From contig NC_043026.1 of the NCBI RefSeq assembly GCF_006345805.1, forward strand, positions 12,689,579 through 12,753,578: 64,000 nucleotides of DNA, read 5' to 3'. Source of the stretch: Octopus sinensis (taxonomy: Eukaryota). Below, in pieces: positions 11,007 to 23,831 of the stretch. The position numbers were made by a program, and so were the translations under genes. The notes beneath the pieces were generated by a model. The model saw nothing but the letters and a program-made list of their open reading frames with translations, was not told the origin of the DNA and did not search any database. Every line of letters starts with the position of its first letter. The stretch's first letter is position 1.

Positions 11007-14000
11007 AGGCCTTTTCGCTGTGATTTCTGTGGTAAATCATTCTCTAGGAAACGTTACTTAACTGGACATGTATCTATCCATACAAGAATTTGACTGTATT
11101 ATTTATCAAATGTCTTTGCAGCACACAGCAACAGACATTTTAAAACCCTTTCTCCTTGTGGGCATTGTCAGTAACTGATGAACCCTTGGTAACATTCATA
11201 ATCATCAGGGTTCCTTTTTGAGGTATTGTTAATGATGCCAACCCTTTTTGTAAGCACTTACCTGGGATACACATAGTTATGCTGGGCACAGGTATTTGTT
11301 AGAATTGTGTGTAGAAAATAATTTGTATAACCATAAATATTGCCACTTTAGGAAGCACTAGATTAGACAATTGTGAGGAGTGGAAACAGTGATGTGCAGA
11401 TATATATAGTTGTGTGTGTAGCAGAATGTAGCAGACACGAGAGGCCCATTGATATTAAAGCTGAAATCTAAAAGAGGAGAAACTTGTGAGGCAGTGCAGC
11501 ATCATGAGAGCAGATGGTGGAGAAATCCAGGTGAACATCTTTTAGAGTAACTGGGTTTTTAGGAAGACACAATTTCTTGCATACTGAAAATATATCCTCC
11601 ATGAAGAAGATTGTGAAATCGTGTGGAGGTGACGTGGTTAAATAAATATGTCTTCAACACTGAAACTTGCTGACTTGGTTTTTATATGTACCTAAATATG
11701 TATGTTTGATTGCTTCTCGTTTATTAATTGCATCGAAGGTGTTTGTTGATGCTGGGCTTTGATCTTTGTTTGCTTGTTTATTTCAGCTTGCTTCTTATTC
11801 CTCTGTGTCAATTTGCTTCTGATGAAGCAATTAGATGAACAAAGCTGCTCTTCTTTGTGTTTCTCTAGGCTGTGGGTTCGTTTAGTATCTCAGATAAAAA
11901 GTTGAATACGTCATTAGAGCACATCCAACCCTAAGCTTAATAAATCTTTCTGGTTTTGTGTCAAGATATTGAAAAGCTGAGGGCCCTGGAAACCCTAAAC
12001 CGTTGCAGTATTGCATTCTTACCCAAGATGGAAAGTCCAAGGTGTTTGGTATGATGTAGTGGCGTTCAGTCCAGGTGTTACTATAGGTTTCATTATCAAA
12101 TTTAGGGGTAGACCTTAAAAACTGTATATATCTATATACAGCGGGCTTCTTACAGTTTCCGTCATCCAAATCCACAGACAAGGCTTCGGCTGGCCCGAGG
12201 CTATAGTAGAAGCTTACCCAAGGTGCCAAGCAGTGGAACTGAACCGGGGAACCATGTGATTGATAAGCAAGCTACTTACCACACAATTTTTTTATTAAAT
12301 GCTTCAAATTGTATAGATAACAATTATATAGGAATTTGTTGGGGTAAAACACAACCTGGAGTAGGGTTGGGCAATTCACAGATTTTGTGAAAACGTATGA
12401 GGAAATAAAGATGTGTGAATTAGCCGAAACTCCTGTCCCCTCATCCTGAAAATGTTTCTCACAAGTGGTAGAAATAGACGAGATGGTCTTGTCATCTGTG
12501 CCTGGGTTAGAGGTAAGGTGCCTCATTTGGGATGCCACACTCTGCTACTCCTTTGCTCCTTCTCACATCCTGGATGCTGCAGTTAATGGCAGGGTCACTG
12601 CTTCTGTAGCCAAATGGAAGAAAACCCTGAGGTATCGGGACGTGACAGTGAACTATCACTTCCACCTTGTGGTGTTTGAGACATTCAGAGGGACTAGGCC
12701 ATTATCCATGAAGTTCTTGTCAACATTGGCAGGTGATGCCCGTGTGGGTGCATGGTTTTTCTTAACACCTGAGCCTCGCTGTCACCTGTAGTAATACTGG
12801 GAGGATGCTGGATTGCTTCAGTAGGTTCTATCAAACCTTGTGGCGTGCAACCAGCTGCTGTGATAAAATAAATACCTCCAAATATGCTGCAAATCCCTTA
12901 TTTTGGTTAACAAAAATCTGGGTAACTTCCCCCTTTTCTCATGCAGGTGAAAAGATCAGAGAGGGTTGGGTGAGATTTCTGAGGCTTCCACCTCACCCCA
13001 CCCCATTTTACGGACCCCAAAAAGAGTTTTGTAGCATATTAGGTCACAGGAATTCATTCAAGAAAAAGAAAACACAAAAATATCCAATGATTCCGAAATG
13101 GGAAGGGGTGACCCTACCCTCTTGTTTTCCAAACCAATATAAGGGACGTGAAGCATCTTATTAGGTCAGGGTACTTGATTCCACCCCAAAAATCCAAGTT
13201 TTGTCTTTTTTCTCTTAGTGAAAATCATGCGGTTGTTAATATTGGAATTGAATGGGAAAAGCAGGCTCTTCATCCAGCTCCCCTCTCTACCTCCCCTTAT
13301 TCTCCTCACCATTCCCATCACAGCCTGCATCACCTCCTGCACCCCACCCGATTCTCACTTTGTGCAGCTTCTATTTTATAATTTTATGCATGCCTGAAAC
13401 ATTAATAGAAGAAAACACTTTCATTTCATTTCTTGTTATGGGTCAGGGGAGGAGGTGGGGTTTTTGTTTTTGTTTTGTATATTTTGAAAAATTAGAATTT
13501 ACAGTTTTTTAGGTTTTTTTCAGAATCGTAATCTCCTTATTTTTCTACAAATTTCACCAGAAAAATTTTGTTCTTAGTAGAAAATTCAAGAAATTGCGTT
13601 GGGAGATGAAAAAATTTTTAATGCAGATTGTTTTTGCAGATTTGGAATCAACGAACTCGATATCGTGGGTTCCTGTAAAAACAAAACCCAAAAAACATCG
13701 GAAAGAGGGTGCGGTCCATTGTCTTTCCCCCCGCCGTAAACGGAACCCTTCCCCCTTTATTTCAGGGAAAAGTAAAAAAACGAAGGAAAAGGATATGGGA
13801 CTGAAATTTTGATGTTGGGATTGTTGAAAGAATCTTTTCCAGAATCGAAATTTCCATGGCCTAAAAACATGGGATTCCGGAGAGAAAAAAAAACAAAAAG
13901 GAATTTGAAAGCCGGGAAGGGCTCCGTTTCGATCTTTGCTATAGTTGAGGGTCGATGGTGGAAAAAGTAGGCGACCCCTGATAAAGGCGTAGGGAAGAGC

Positions 14001-14472
14001 ACCTGCTGTGCTTCTAATCATATGTCCGTTTAATGAACAAACATACGATTATATGCATTCTAATGCTAAGATGTAATGATGTCAGAAATATTTGGCTGCT
14101 ATTTTTAGCAGGTTCAGTGACCATGCGCAGACACTCTTGTTGAGACGTAATTACTATTTAGCTGGATGCGGTTTTTATCATTTACCTTGGCTGAGATGCA
14201 ATTAAAGGTGTGAATTAATATAATTTTAACGTCTCTTCGTGTTATATTGGGGACTTTTAATATATGACACCGGTGTCGTTCAACCGCGGGAATAATTATC
14301 AACAGCTTCTACACGTGCTTCTAATTAAGACGAATCTAATTATATCAGATGTAGTAATACCTCGTGTTCAGGTGAACGTTGATCTCTATGAATAACACGA
14401 AGCGACTTACATGATTTGTGATTTAATATTTCTCTTGATCACAGCTTTAGTTGGTTGATCCCTATTTTACAG

Positions 14473-14668
14473 GAAAGGGGGCAAAAAGCTTTGAATCGAG
14501 GAACTTTGCTCGCCCTTCTTCATATTTCATTTGGACCTTAGATCGAAAGCACGAATTGTTTGTATGCCCCTTTGTAGCAAATATTGTGCGCATTTCTACT
14601 ATCCATGGTGGGAAAAACAAACTGGATTTCAAGAAAGGATCCTGGTCAGATCAACAAGTATTCTAATG
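14473..14668 (+). other. Predicted upstream 5' UTR exon of unit 3
   Basis: Same acceptor and donor; next acceptor (TTCCAG) opens at 16190. Confidence 0.65.
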
Positions 14669-15298
14669 GTAAGTGAAAAAATATATCTACATAGCATTTG
14701 TTGTACACTTGTTAACGGAGGTGTGTGATATCTAAGACAAGAAACAGAACCATAGGAGGTTAGTCTATATCTACAGACATTTGTCAGCTTTTTAAGTATT
14801 CCTAAAGACAAGCAGGAAGACCTCCCTCACAACGGCTTTCCTTTTGGTAAACGATATTTCCCCTTTTGACACCCGATTTGTGTAATTTTCTTTTGAGTCC
14901 TTTAATCGTTTAATAATGTATATTTTGCCAGTAAATTTAGGGCATAACTACAGAAATGCGGGATCCTTTCGGTTTGGGGAGTTACCAAAATTGAAATTGC
15001 AAAAATGTTTATATCATTGTTCTGTGACCCTAACCGTATCTTGGTACTAGTCTTGGAGACTGGGCCCGGTGCGCGCAGATGCGCATCCGCGCTTGCGAGT
15101 CGTAGGTTGTCGATTCTACAGCGACTTGCGTATGCAAATGAGCTGATTGGCGCAACACTGCAAAAACTAACTTAATAGCGAGCCCCTACTGGAGCTTAGG
15201 AAATATTTTCCAACGATATACAGTGTATATTATTTTAAAGACAAATGCTTTTTTTTTTTTCGTTAGAAAACAATTAGAAGCATTGAAAAACATTTTTT

Positions 15299-15718
15299 TG
15301 GCGATCTCTCATCTCTAGTAGACCTTTTCGTCGATTTCTGTAAAAAAATCTTTTTTTTTACACATGGGCTTGCGGGAACTTTTGAAGTAATATACATACA
15401 TATACACATACACCGAGTAAAAAATTTCAGTTATCTCTCTCTTTCACACATTACTCTCTCTGTCTCTTCACACACACTAACAGAAGCACTTCACTTACAC
15501 AACATACTGCCTGTCTCCCACACCACATTAAACACACATATACATCAATGCTTGCCATGCACGGTAACTTCAAAAGAACTTCCCTCGTCATACAATCGCT
15601 TTCTCTTAGTCTCTTTCGCTCTCATTACTTCAAAAGTTCCCGCAAGCCCATATGTAAAAGAAAAAAAAAAATTTTACGGAAATCGACGGAAAGGTCTACT
15701 AGAGACGAAAGATCGCCA
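15299..15718. mobile_element. Same MITE in unit 3
   Basis: Same TIRs with a shorter CA tract. Confidence 0.75.
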
Positions 15719-16570
15719 TTTCCCCTTTTGACACCCGATTTGTGTAATTTTCTCTTGAGTCCTTTAATCGTTTAATAATGTATATTTTGTGAGTAAATTT
15801 AGGGCATAACTACAGAAATGCGGGATCCTTTCGGTTTGGGGAGTTACCAAAATTGAAATTGCAAAAATGTTTATATCATTGTTCTGTGACCCTAACCACA
15901 TCTTTTCAGGGAGTTCTCAAAAATGAAGCCCCCAAAAATCAAAATATTATTCCCCGCCTAACCTGAACTCATCATATATATATATATAGAGAGAGAGAGA
16001 TAGATAGAGATATGTATATATGTGCGTGCATGAGTAATGTTACACAATGTTAAAGAGTAGTTGTAGTTTACAAATTTTTACATTTCACCCAATGTTATAT
16101 GATGTCATTTGTTAATTAATAAAGAAATGTTGTAACATTTCTCTTTTGATCTCTCCTCTCTATCTAATTCTGTTTCTTTATTATTCCAGATTTACGGATG
16201 ACAATGGCATCAAAGAAATTTTCTTTTATAATGAATACATCTTCAACATTTTTCATCTTTTAAAGTCTTGAGGAAAAGTTTACACAGAACGCATCTAAGC
16301 CTATTTCTATAAATCTTTGGTAGAAATTCTATGAAATGTTTGCTCAGAACTGAGATTAATAGCAACATTTTTCTATTTCATTAGCTGATGCTTTGCATTC
16401 TCGTTACTCTTTGATGACTTTCTAAATTTATAGCATCTTTAGATATCAGTGAAGTTTGCAGTGGAAACATTTGTAAGGAATAAACTATAAAAAGAAGGAT
16501 AAAGATAGGAGTAAAAGTTTAATGTGGTGAGAAAGGCCAAGGATTGGGTCTATTTTGATTCCTCAAAGAA

Positions 16571-17851
16571 ATGCTGAAAAATATGCGAAAATCATTGTAT
16601 CGTTGTGATATCTATGGTAAATCAACCACTAGAAGTGATTTCTTAGATAGACACAAGCGTACTCACACAGGAGAAAATCCATTTCACTGTGATATCTGTG
16701 GTAAATCATACACTCAAAGCTATGACTTAACTAAACACAAATGTATTCATTCCAGAGAGAAGCCATTTCGCTGTGATATTTGTGGTAAATCCTTCACACA
16801 AAGCAATAACTTAACTAATCACAAACGTGTTCATACAGGAGAGAAGCCATTTCACTGTGATATTTGTGGTAAATCCTTCACTCAAAGCGGTGGCTTAACT
16901 AATCACAAACGTGTTCATACAGGAGAAAAACCGTTTCAGTGTGATATCTGTGGTAAATCATTCTCTCAAAATTGTGTGTTAACTACTCACAAGCGTCTTC
17001 ACACAGGAGAGAAACCATATCACTGTGATATTTGTGGTAAATCATTCTCTAAAAATTGTCATTTAACTCCTCACAAACGTATTCATACAGGAGAGAAACC
17101 ATATCACTGTGATGTCTGTGGTAAATCATTCTCTCACAGAAGTGCCTTAATTATACACAAACGTGTTCATACAGGAGAGAAGCCATTTTGCTGTGATATT
17201 TGTGGTAAATCCTTCACTCAGGGCAATGACTTAACTAAACACAAACGTGTTCATACAGGAGAGAAGCCATCTCGCTGTGATATTTGTGGTACATCATTCT
17301 CTCACAGAAGTGCCTTAATTATACACAAACGTGTTCATACAGGAGAGAAGCCATTTCGCTGTGATATTTGTGGTAAATCCTTCACTCAAAGCGGTGGCTT
17401 AACTTCTCACAAACGTGTTCATACCGGGGAGAAACCATATCACTGTGATATCTGTGGTAAATCATTCTCTAAAAACAGTAGCCTAACTACACACAAACGC
17501 ATTCACACAGGGGAAAAACCATTTCACTGTGATGTCTGTGGGAAATCATTCTCTGTAAGCAGTAGTTTAATTGGACACAAACGAATTCATACAGGAGAAA
17601 AGCCTTATCACTGTGATATCTGTGATAAATCATTCTCTCGAAGCAATCACTTAGCTAAACACATATGTATTCATACAGGAGTGAAACCATATCAGTGTGA
17701 TGTCTGTGGGAAAACATTCTCTGATAGAAGTGCCTTAACTAGACACAGACGTATTCATACAGGAGAGAAACCATTTCACTGTGATATCTGTGGTAAATCA
17801 TTCTCTCGAAATTATCGATTAACTTCTCACAAACGTATTCATACAGGATAG
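16571..17851 (+). CDS. C2H2 zinc-finger array protein, unit 3 (15 finger units, first has C>Y; 426 aa)
   Basis: Near-identical to unit 2 plus two extra fingers. TGT>TAT at 16613-16615 removes a zinc ligand in finger 1. TAG at 17849-17851, then an in-frame finger to TGA 17936-17938. Confidence 0.92.
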   Translation: MLKNMRKSLYRCDIYGKSTTRSDFLDRHKRTHTGENPFHCDICGKSYTQSYDLTKHKCIHSREKPFRCDICGKSFTQSNNLTNHKRVHTGEKPFHCDICGKSFTQSGGLTNHKRVHTGEKPFQCDICGKSFSQNCVLTTHKRLHTGEKPYHCDICGKSFSKNCHLTPHKRIHTGEKPYHCDVCGKSFSHRSALIIHKRVHTGEKPFCCDICGKSFTQGNDLTKHKRVHTGEKPSRCDICGTSFSHRSALIIHKRVHTGEKPFRCDICGKSFTQSGGLTSHKRVHTGEKPYHCDICGKSFSKNSSLTTHKRIHTGEKPFHCDVCGKSFSVSSSLIGHKRIHTGEKPYHCDICDKSFSRSNHLAKHICIHTGVKPYQCDVCGKTFSDRSALTRHRRIHTGEKPFHCDICGKSFSRNYRLTSHKRIHTG

Positions 17852-20800
17852 AGGCCTTTTCGCTGTGATTTCTGTGGTAAATCATTCTCTAGGAAACGTT
17901 ACTTAACTGGACATGTATCTATCCATACAAGAATTTGACTGTATTATTTATCAAATGCCTTTGCAGCACACAGCAACAGACATTTTAAAACCCTTTCTCC
18001 TTGTGGGCATTGTCAGTAACTGATGAACCCTTGGTAACATTCATAATCATCAGGGTTCCTTTTTGAGGTATTGTTAATGATGCCAACCCTTTTTGTAAGC
18101 ACTTACCTGGGATACACATAGTTTTGCTGGGCACAGGTATTTGTTAGAATTGTGTGTAGAAAATAATTTGTATAACCATAAATATTGCCACTTTAGGAAG
18201 CACTAGATTAGACAATTGTGAGGAGTGGAAACAGTGATGTGCAGATAAATATAGTTGTGTGTGTAGCAGAATGTAGCAGACACGAGAGGCCCCTTGATAT
18301 TAAAGCTGAAATCTAAAAGAGGAGAAACGTGTGAGGCAGTGCAGCATCATGAGAGCAGATGGTGGAGAAATCCAGGTGAACATCTTTTAGAGTAACTGGG
18401 TTTTTAGCAAGACACAATTTCTTGCATACTGAAAATATATACTCCATGAAGAAGATTGTGAAATCGTGTGGAGGTGACGTGGTTAAATAAATATGTCTTC
18501 AACACTGAAACTTGCTGACTTGGTTTTTATATGTACCTAAATATGTATGTTTGATTGCTTCTCGTTTATTAATTGCATCCAAGGTCTTTGTTGATGCTGG
18601 GCTTTGATCTTTGTTTGCTTGTTTATTTCAGCTTGCTTCTTATTCCTCTGTGTCAATTTGCTTCTGATGAAGCAATTAGATGAACAAAGCTGCTCTTCTT
18701 TGTGTTTCTCTAGGCTGTGGGTTCGTTTAGTATCTCAGATAAAAAGTTGAATACGTCATTAGAGCACATCCAACCCTAAGCTTAATAAATCTTTCTGGTT
18801 TTGTGTCGAGATATTGAAAAGCTGAGGGCCCTGGAAACCCTAAACCGTTGCAGTATTGGATTCTTACCCAAGATGGAAAGTCCAAGGTGTTTGGTATGAT
18901 GTGTGGCGTTCAGTCCAGGTGTTACTATAGGTTTCATTATCAAAGTTAGGGGTAGACCTTAAAAACTGTATATATCTATATACAGCGGGCTTCTTACAGT
19001 TTCCGTCATCCAAATCCACAGACAAGGCTTCGGCTGGCCCGAGGCTATAGTAGAAGCTTACCCAAGGTGCCAAGCAGTGGAACTGAACCGGGGAACCATG
19101 TGATTGATAAGCAAGCTACTTACCACACAATTTTTTTATTAAATGCTTCAAATTGTGTAGATAACAATTATATAGGAATTTGTTGGGGTAAAACACAACC
19201 TGGAGTAGGGGTGGGCAATTCACAGATTTTGTGAAAACGTATGAGGAAATAAAGATGTGTGAATTAGCCGAAACTCCTGTCCCCTCATCCTGAAAATGTT
19301 TCTCACAAGCGGTAGAAATAGACGAGATGGTCTTGTCATCTGTGCCTGGGTTAGAGGTAAGGTGCCTCATTTGGGATGCCACACTCTGCTACTCCTTTGC
19401 TCCTTCTCACATCCTGGATGCTGCAGTTAATGGCAGGGTCACTGCTTCCGTAGCCGAATGGAAGAAAACCCTGAGGTATCGGGACCTGACAGTGAACTAT
19501 CTCTTCCACCTTGTGGTGTTTGAGACATTCAGAGGGACTAGGCCATTATCCATGAAGTTCTTGTCAACATTGGCAGGCGATGCCCTTGTGGGTGCATGGT
19601 TTTTCTTAACACCTTAGCCTCGCTGTCACCTGTAGTAATACTGGGAGGATGCTGGATTGCTTTAGTAGGTTCTATCAAACCTTGTGGCGTGCAACCAGCT
19701 GCTGTGATAAAATAAATACCTCCAAATATGCTGCAAATCCCTTATTTTGGTTAACAAAAATCTGGGTAAGTTCCCCCCTTTTTTTTATGCAGGTGAAAAG
19801 ATCAGAGAGGGTTGGGTGAGATTTCTGAGGCTTCCACCTCACTCCACCCCGTTTTACGGACCCCAAAAAGAGTTTTGTAGCATATTAGGTCACAGGAATT
19901 CATTCAAGAAAAAAAAACCCACAAAAATATCCAATGATTCCGAAATGGGAAGGGGTGACCCTATCCTCTTGTTTTCCAAACCAATATAAGGGACGTGGAG
20001 CATCTTATTAGGTCAGGGTACTTGATTCCACCCCAAAAATCCAAGTTTTGTCTTTTTTCTCTTAGTGAAAATCATGCGGTTGTTAATCTTGGAATTGAAT
20101 GGGAAAAGCAGGCTCTTCATCCAGTTCCCCTCTCTACCTCCCCTTATTCTCCTCACCATTCCCATCACAGCCTGCATCACCTCCTGCACCCCACCCGATT
20201 CTCACGTTGTCCAGCTTCTATTTTATAATTTTATGAATGCGTAAAACATTAATAGAAGAAAACACTTTCATTTCATTTCTTATTATGGGTCAGGGGAGGA
20301 GGTGGGGTTTTTGTTTTTGTTTTGTATATTTTGAAAAATTAGAATTTACAGTTTTTTAGGTTTTTTTCAAAATCGTAATCTCCTTATTTTTCTACAAATT
20401 TCACCAGAAAAATTTTGTTCTTAGTAGAAAATTCAAGAAATTGCGTTGGGAGATGAAAAAATTTTTAATGCAGATTGTTTTTGCAGATTTGGAATCAACG
20501 AACTCGATATCGTGGGTTCCTGTAAAAACAAAACCCAAAAAACATCGGAAAGAGGGTGCGGTCCATTGTCTTTCCCCACGCCGTAAACGGAACCCTTCCC
20601 CCTTTATTTCAGGGAAAAGTAAAAAAACGAAGGAAAGGGATATGGGACTGAAATTTTGATGTTGGGATTGTTGAAAGAATCTTTTCCAGAATCGAAATTT
20701 CCATGGCCTAAAAACATGGGATTCCGGAGAGAAAAAAAAACAAAAAGGAATTTGAAAGCCGGGAAGGGCTCCGTTTCGATCTTCGCTATAGTTGAGGGTC

Positions 20801-21320
20801 GATGGTGGAAAAAGTTTGGCGACCCCTGATAAAGGCGTAGGGAACAGCACCTGCTGTGTTTCTAATCATATGTCCGTTTAATGAACAAACATACGATTAT
20901 ATGCATTCTAATGCTAAGATGTAATGATGTCAGAAATATTTGGCTGCTATTTTTAGCAGGTTCAGTGACCATGCGCAGACACTCTTGTTGAGACGTAATT
21001 ACTATTTAGCTGGATGCGGTTTTTATCATTTACCTTGGCTGAGATGCAATTAAAGGTGTGAATTAATATAATTTTAACGTCTCTTCGTGTTATATTGGGG
21101 ACTTTTAATATATGACACCGGTGTCGTTCAACCGCGGGAATAATTATCAACAGCTTCTACACGTGCTTCTAATTAAGACGAATCTAATTAGATCAGATGT
21201 AGTAATACCTCGTGTTCAGGTGAACGTTGATCTCTATGAATAACACGAAGCGACTTACATGATTTGTGATTTAATATTTCTCTTGATCACAGCTTTAGTT
21301 GGTTGATCCCTATTTTACAG

Positions 21321-21516
21321 GAAAGGGGGCAAAAAGCTTTGAATCGAGGAACTTTGCTCGCCCTTCTTCATATTTCATTTGGACCTTAGATCGAAAGCAC
21401 GAATTGTTTGTATGCCCCTTTGTAGCAAATATTGTGCGCATTTCTACTATCCATGGTGGGAAAAACAAAGTGGATTTCAAGAAAGGATCCTGGTCAGATC
21501 AACAAGTATTCTAATG
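21321..21516 (+). other. Predicted upstream 5' UTR exon of unit 4
   Basis: Same acceptor and donor; next acceptor opens at 22374. Confidence 0.65.
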
Positions 21517-21975
21517 GTAAGTGAAAAAATATATCTACATAGCATTTGTTGCACACTTGTTAACGGAGGTGTGTGATATCTAAGACAAGAAACAGAACCA
21601 TAGGAGGCTAGTCTATATCTACAGGCATTTGTCAGCTTTTTAAGTATTCCTGAAGACAAGCAGGAAGACCTCCCTCACAACGGCTTTCCTTTTGGTAAAC
21701 GATATTTCCCCTTTTGACACCCGATTTGTGTAATTTTCTTTTGAGTCCTTTATTCGTTTAATAATGTATATTTTGTGAGTAAATTTAGGGCATAACTACA
21801 GAAATGCGGGATCCTTTCGGTTTGGGGAGTTACCAAAATTGAAATTGCAAAACTGTTTATATCATTGTTCTGTGACCCTAACCACATCTTTTCAGGGAGT
21901 TCTCAAAAATGAAGCCCCAAAAATCAAAATAATATTCTCCGCCTAAGCTGAACTCATCATATATATATATATATA

Positions 21976-22172
21976 GGTATTTTATAAAAAATTTATAAAA
22001 ATAGGGTAAAGTAAAATAATTTACTTTACAACACACCGAGCTTTTTAGAAATAGCAGCCAAAAATTTGGCTATTTCTTCAACTGCAAGAAAATGTCTCCC
22101 AGACAATGCATATCACACCGAGCTTTTTAGAAATTAATTTATTCTACCCCCTTTTTTTATTTTTATTGACAA
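21976..22172. mobile_element. MITE-like insertion in the intronic (TA)n of unit 4
   Basis: Absent from units 1-3, 5 and 7. Contains the palindrome GTAAAGTAAAAT-A-ATTTTACTTTAC and two CACACCGAGCTTTTTAGAAA repeats. The same insert occurs in unit 6. Confidence 0.6.
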
Positions 22173-22754
22173 TATATATATACGTAGATAGAGATATGTA
22201 TATATGTGCATGCATGAGTAATGTTACACAATGTTAAAGAGTAGTTGTAGTTTACAAATTTTTACATTTCACCCAATGTTATATGATGTCATTTGTTAAT
22301 TAATAAAGAAATATTGTAACATTTCTCTTTTGATCTCTCCTCTCTATCTAATTCTGTTTCTTTATTATTTCAGATTTACGGATGACAATGGCATCAAAGA
22401 AATTTTCTTTTATAATGAATACATCTTCAACATTTTTCATCTTTTAAAGTCTTGAGGAAAAGTTTACACAGAACGCATTGAAGCCTATTTCTATAAATCT
22501 TAGGTAGAAATTCAATGAAATGTTTGCTCTGAACTGAGATTAATAGCAACATTTTTCTATTTCATTAGCTGATGCTTTGCATTCTCGTTACTCTTTGATG
22601 ACTTTCTAAATTTATAGCATCTTTAGATATCAGTGAAGTTTGCAGTGGAAATATTTGTAAGGAATAAACTATAAAAAGAAGGATAAAGATAGGAGTAAAA
22701 GTTTAATGTGGTGAGAAAGGCCAAGGATTGGGTCTATTTTGATTCCTCAAAGAA

Positions 22755-23831
22755 ATGCTGAAAAATATGCGAAAATCATTGTATCGTTGTGATATCTGTG
22801 GTAAATCAACCACTAGAAATGATTTCTTAGATAGACACAAGCGTACTCACACAGGAGAAAAACCGTTCCAGTGTGATATCTGTGGTAAATCATTCTCTCA
22901 AAATTGTCATTTAACTTCTCACAAACGTGTTCATACAGGGGAGAAACCATATCACTGTGATATCTGTGGTAAATCATTCTCTAAAAACAGTAGCCTAACT
23001 GCACACAAACGCATTCACACAGGGGGAAAACCATTTCACTGTGATATTTGTGGTAAATCTTTCTCTGAAAGCAGTAAATTAGTTGGACACAAACGAAGTC
23101 ATACAGGAGAAAAGCCATATCACTGTGATATTTGTGGTAAATCTTTCACTCAAAGCAATAACTTAACTAAACACAAACTTGTTCATACAGGAGAGAAGCC
23201 ATTTCGCTGTGATATTTGTGGTAAATCTTTCACTCAAAGCAATAACTTAACTAAACACAAACTTGTTCATACAGGAGAGAAGCCATTTCGCTGTGATATT
23301 TGTGGTAAATCTTTCACTCAAAGCAATAACTTAACTAAACACAACCTTGTTCATACAGGAGAGAAGCCATTTCGCTGTGATATTTGTGGTAAATCCTTCA
23401 CTCAAAGCAATAACTTAACTAATCACAAACGTGTTCATACAGGAGAGAAACCATTTCACTGTGATATCTGTGGTAAATCATTCTCTCAAAGCAATAGCTT
23501 AACTAGACACGTACGTATTCATACAGGTGAGAAACCATATGCCTTAATTAGTCACAAACGTAATCACGCAAGAGATAAAACATTTCCGTGTGATATCTGT
23601 GGTAAATCATTCCCTACAAACAGTCATTTAACTAAACACGGACGTATTCACACAGGAGAGAAACCGTTCCATTGTGATATCTGTGGTAAATCATTCTCTC
23701 AAAATTGTCATTTAACTTCTCACAAACGTATTCATACAGGAGAGAGGCCTTTTCGCTGTGATTTCTGTGGTAAATCATTCTCTAGGAAACGTTACTTAAC
23801 TGGACATGTATCTATCCATACAAGAATTTGA
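22755..23831 (+). CDS. C2H2 zinc-finger array protein, unit 4 (12 intact fingers plus one half-deleted; 358 aa)
   Basis: Canonical fingers, an in-frame 39-nt deletion at 23540/23541, and an intact terminal finger ending HVSIHTRI. Confidence 0.92.
   Translation: MLKNMRKSLYRCDICGKSTTRNDFLDRHKRTHTGEKPFQCDICGKSFSQNCHLTSHKRVHTGEKPYHCDICGKSFSKNSSLTAHKRIHTGGKPFHCDICGKSFSESSKLVGHKRSHTGEKPYHCDICGKSFTQSNNLTKHKLVHTGEKPFRCDICGKSFTQSNNLTKHKLVHTGEKPFRCDICGKSFTQSNNLTKHNLVHTGEKPFRCDICGKSFTQSNNLTNHKRVHTGEKPFHCDICGKSFSQSNSLTRHVRIHTGEKPYALISHKRNHARDKTFPCDICGKSFPTNSHLTKHGRIHTGEKPFHCDICGKSFSQNCHLTSHKRIHTGERPFRCDFCGKSFSRKRYLTGHVSIHTRI

Noticed and set aside
11170-11200. CTGATGA in the 3' UTR as a hammerhead core (also CTGATGAAG near 4802)
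   Set aside because: No GAAA box follows the stem and there is no compatible stem I or III.
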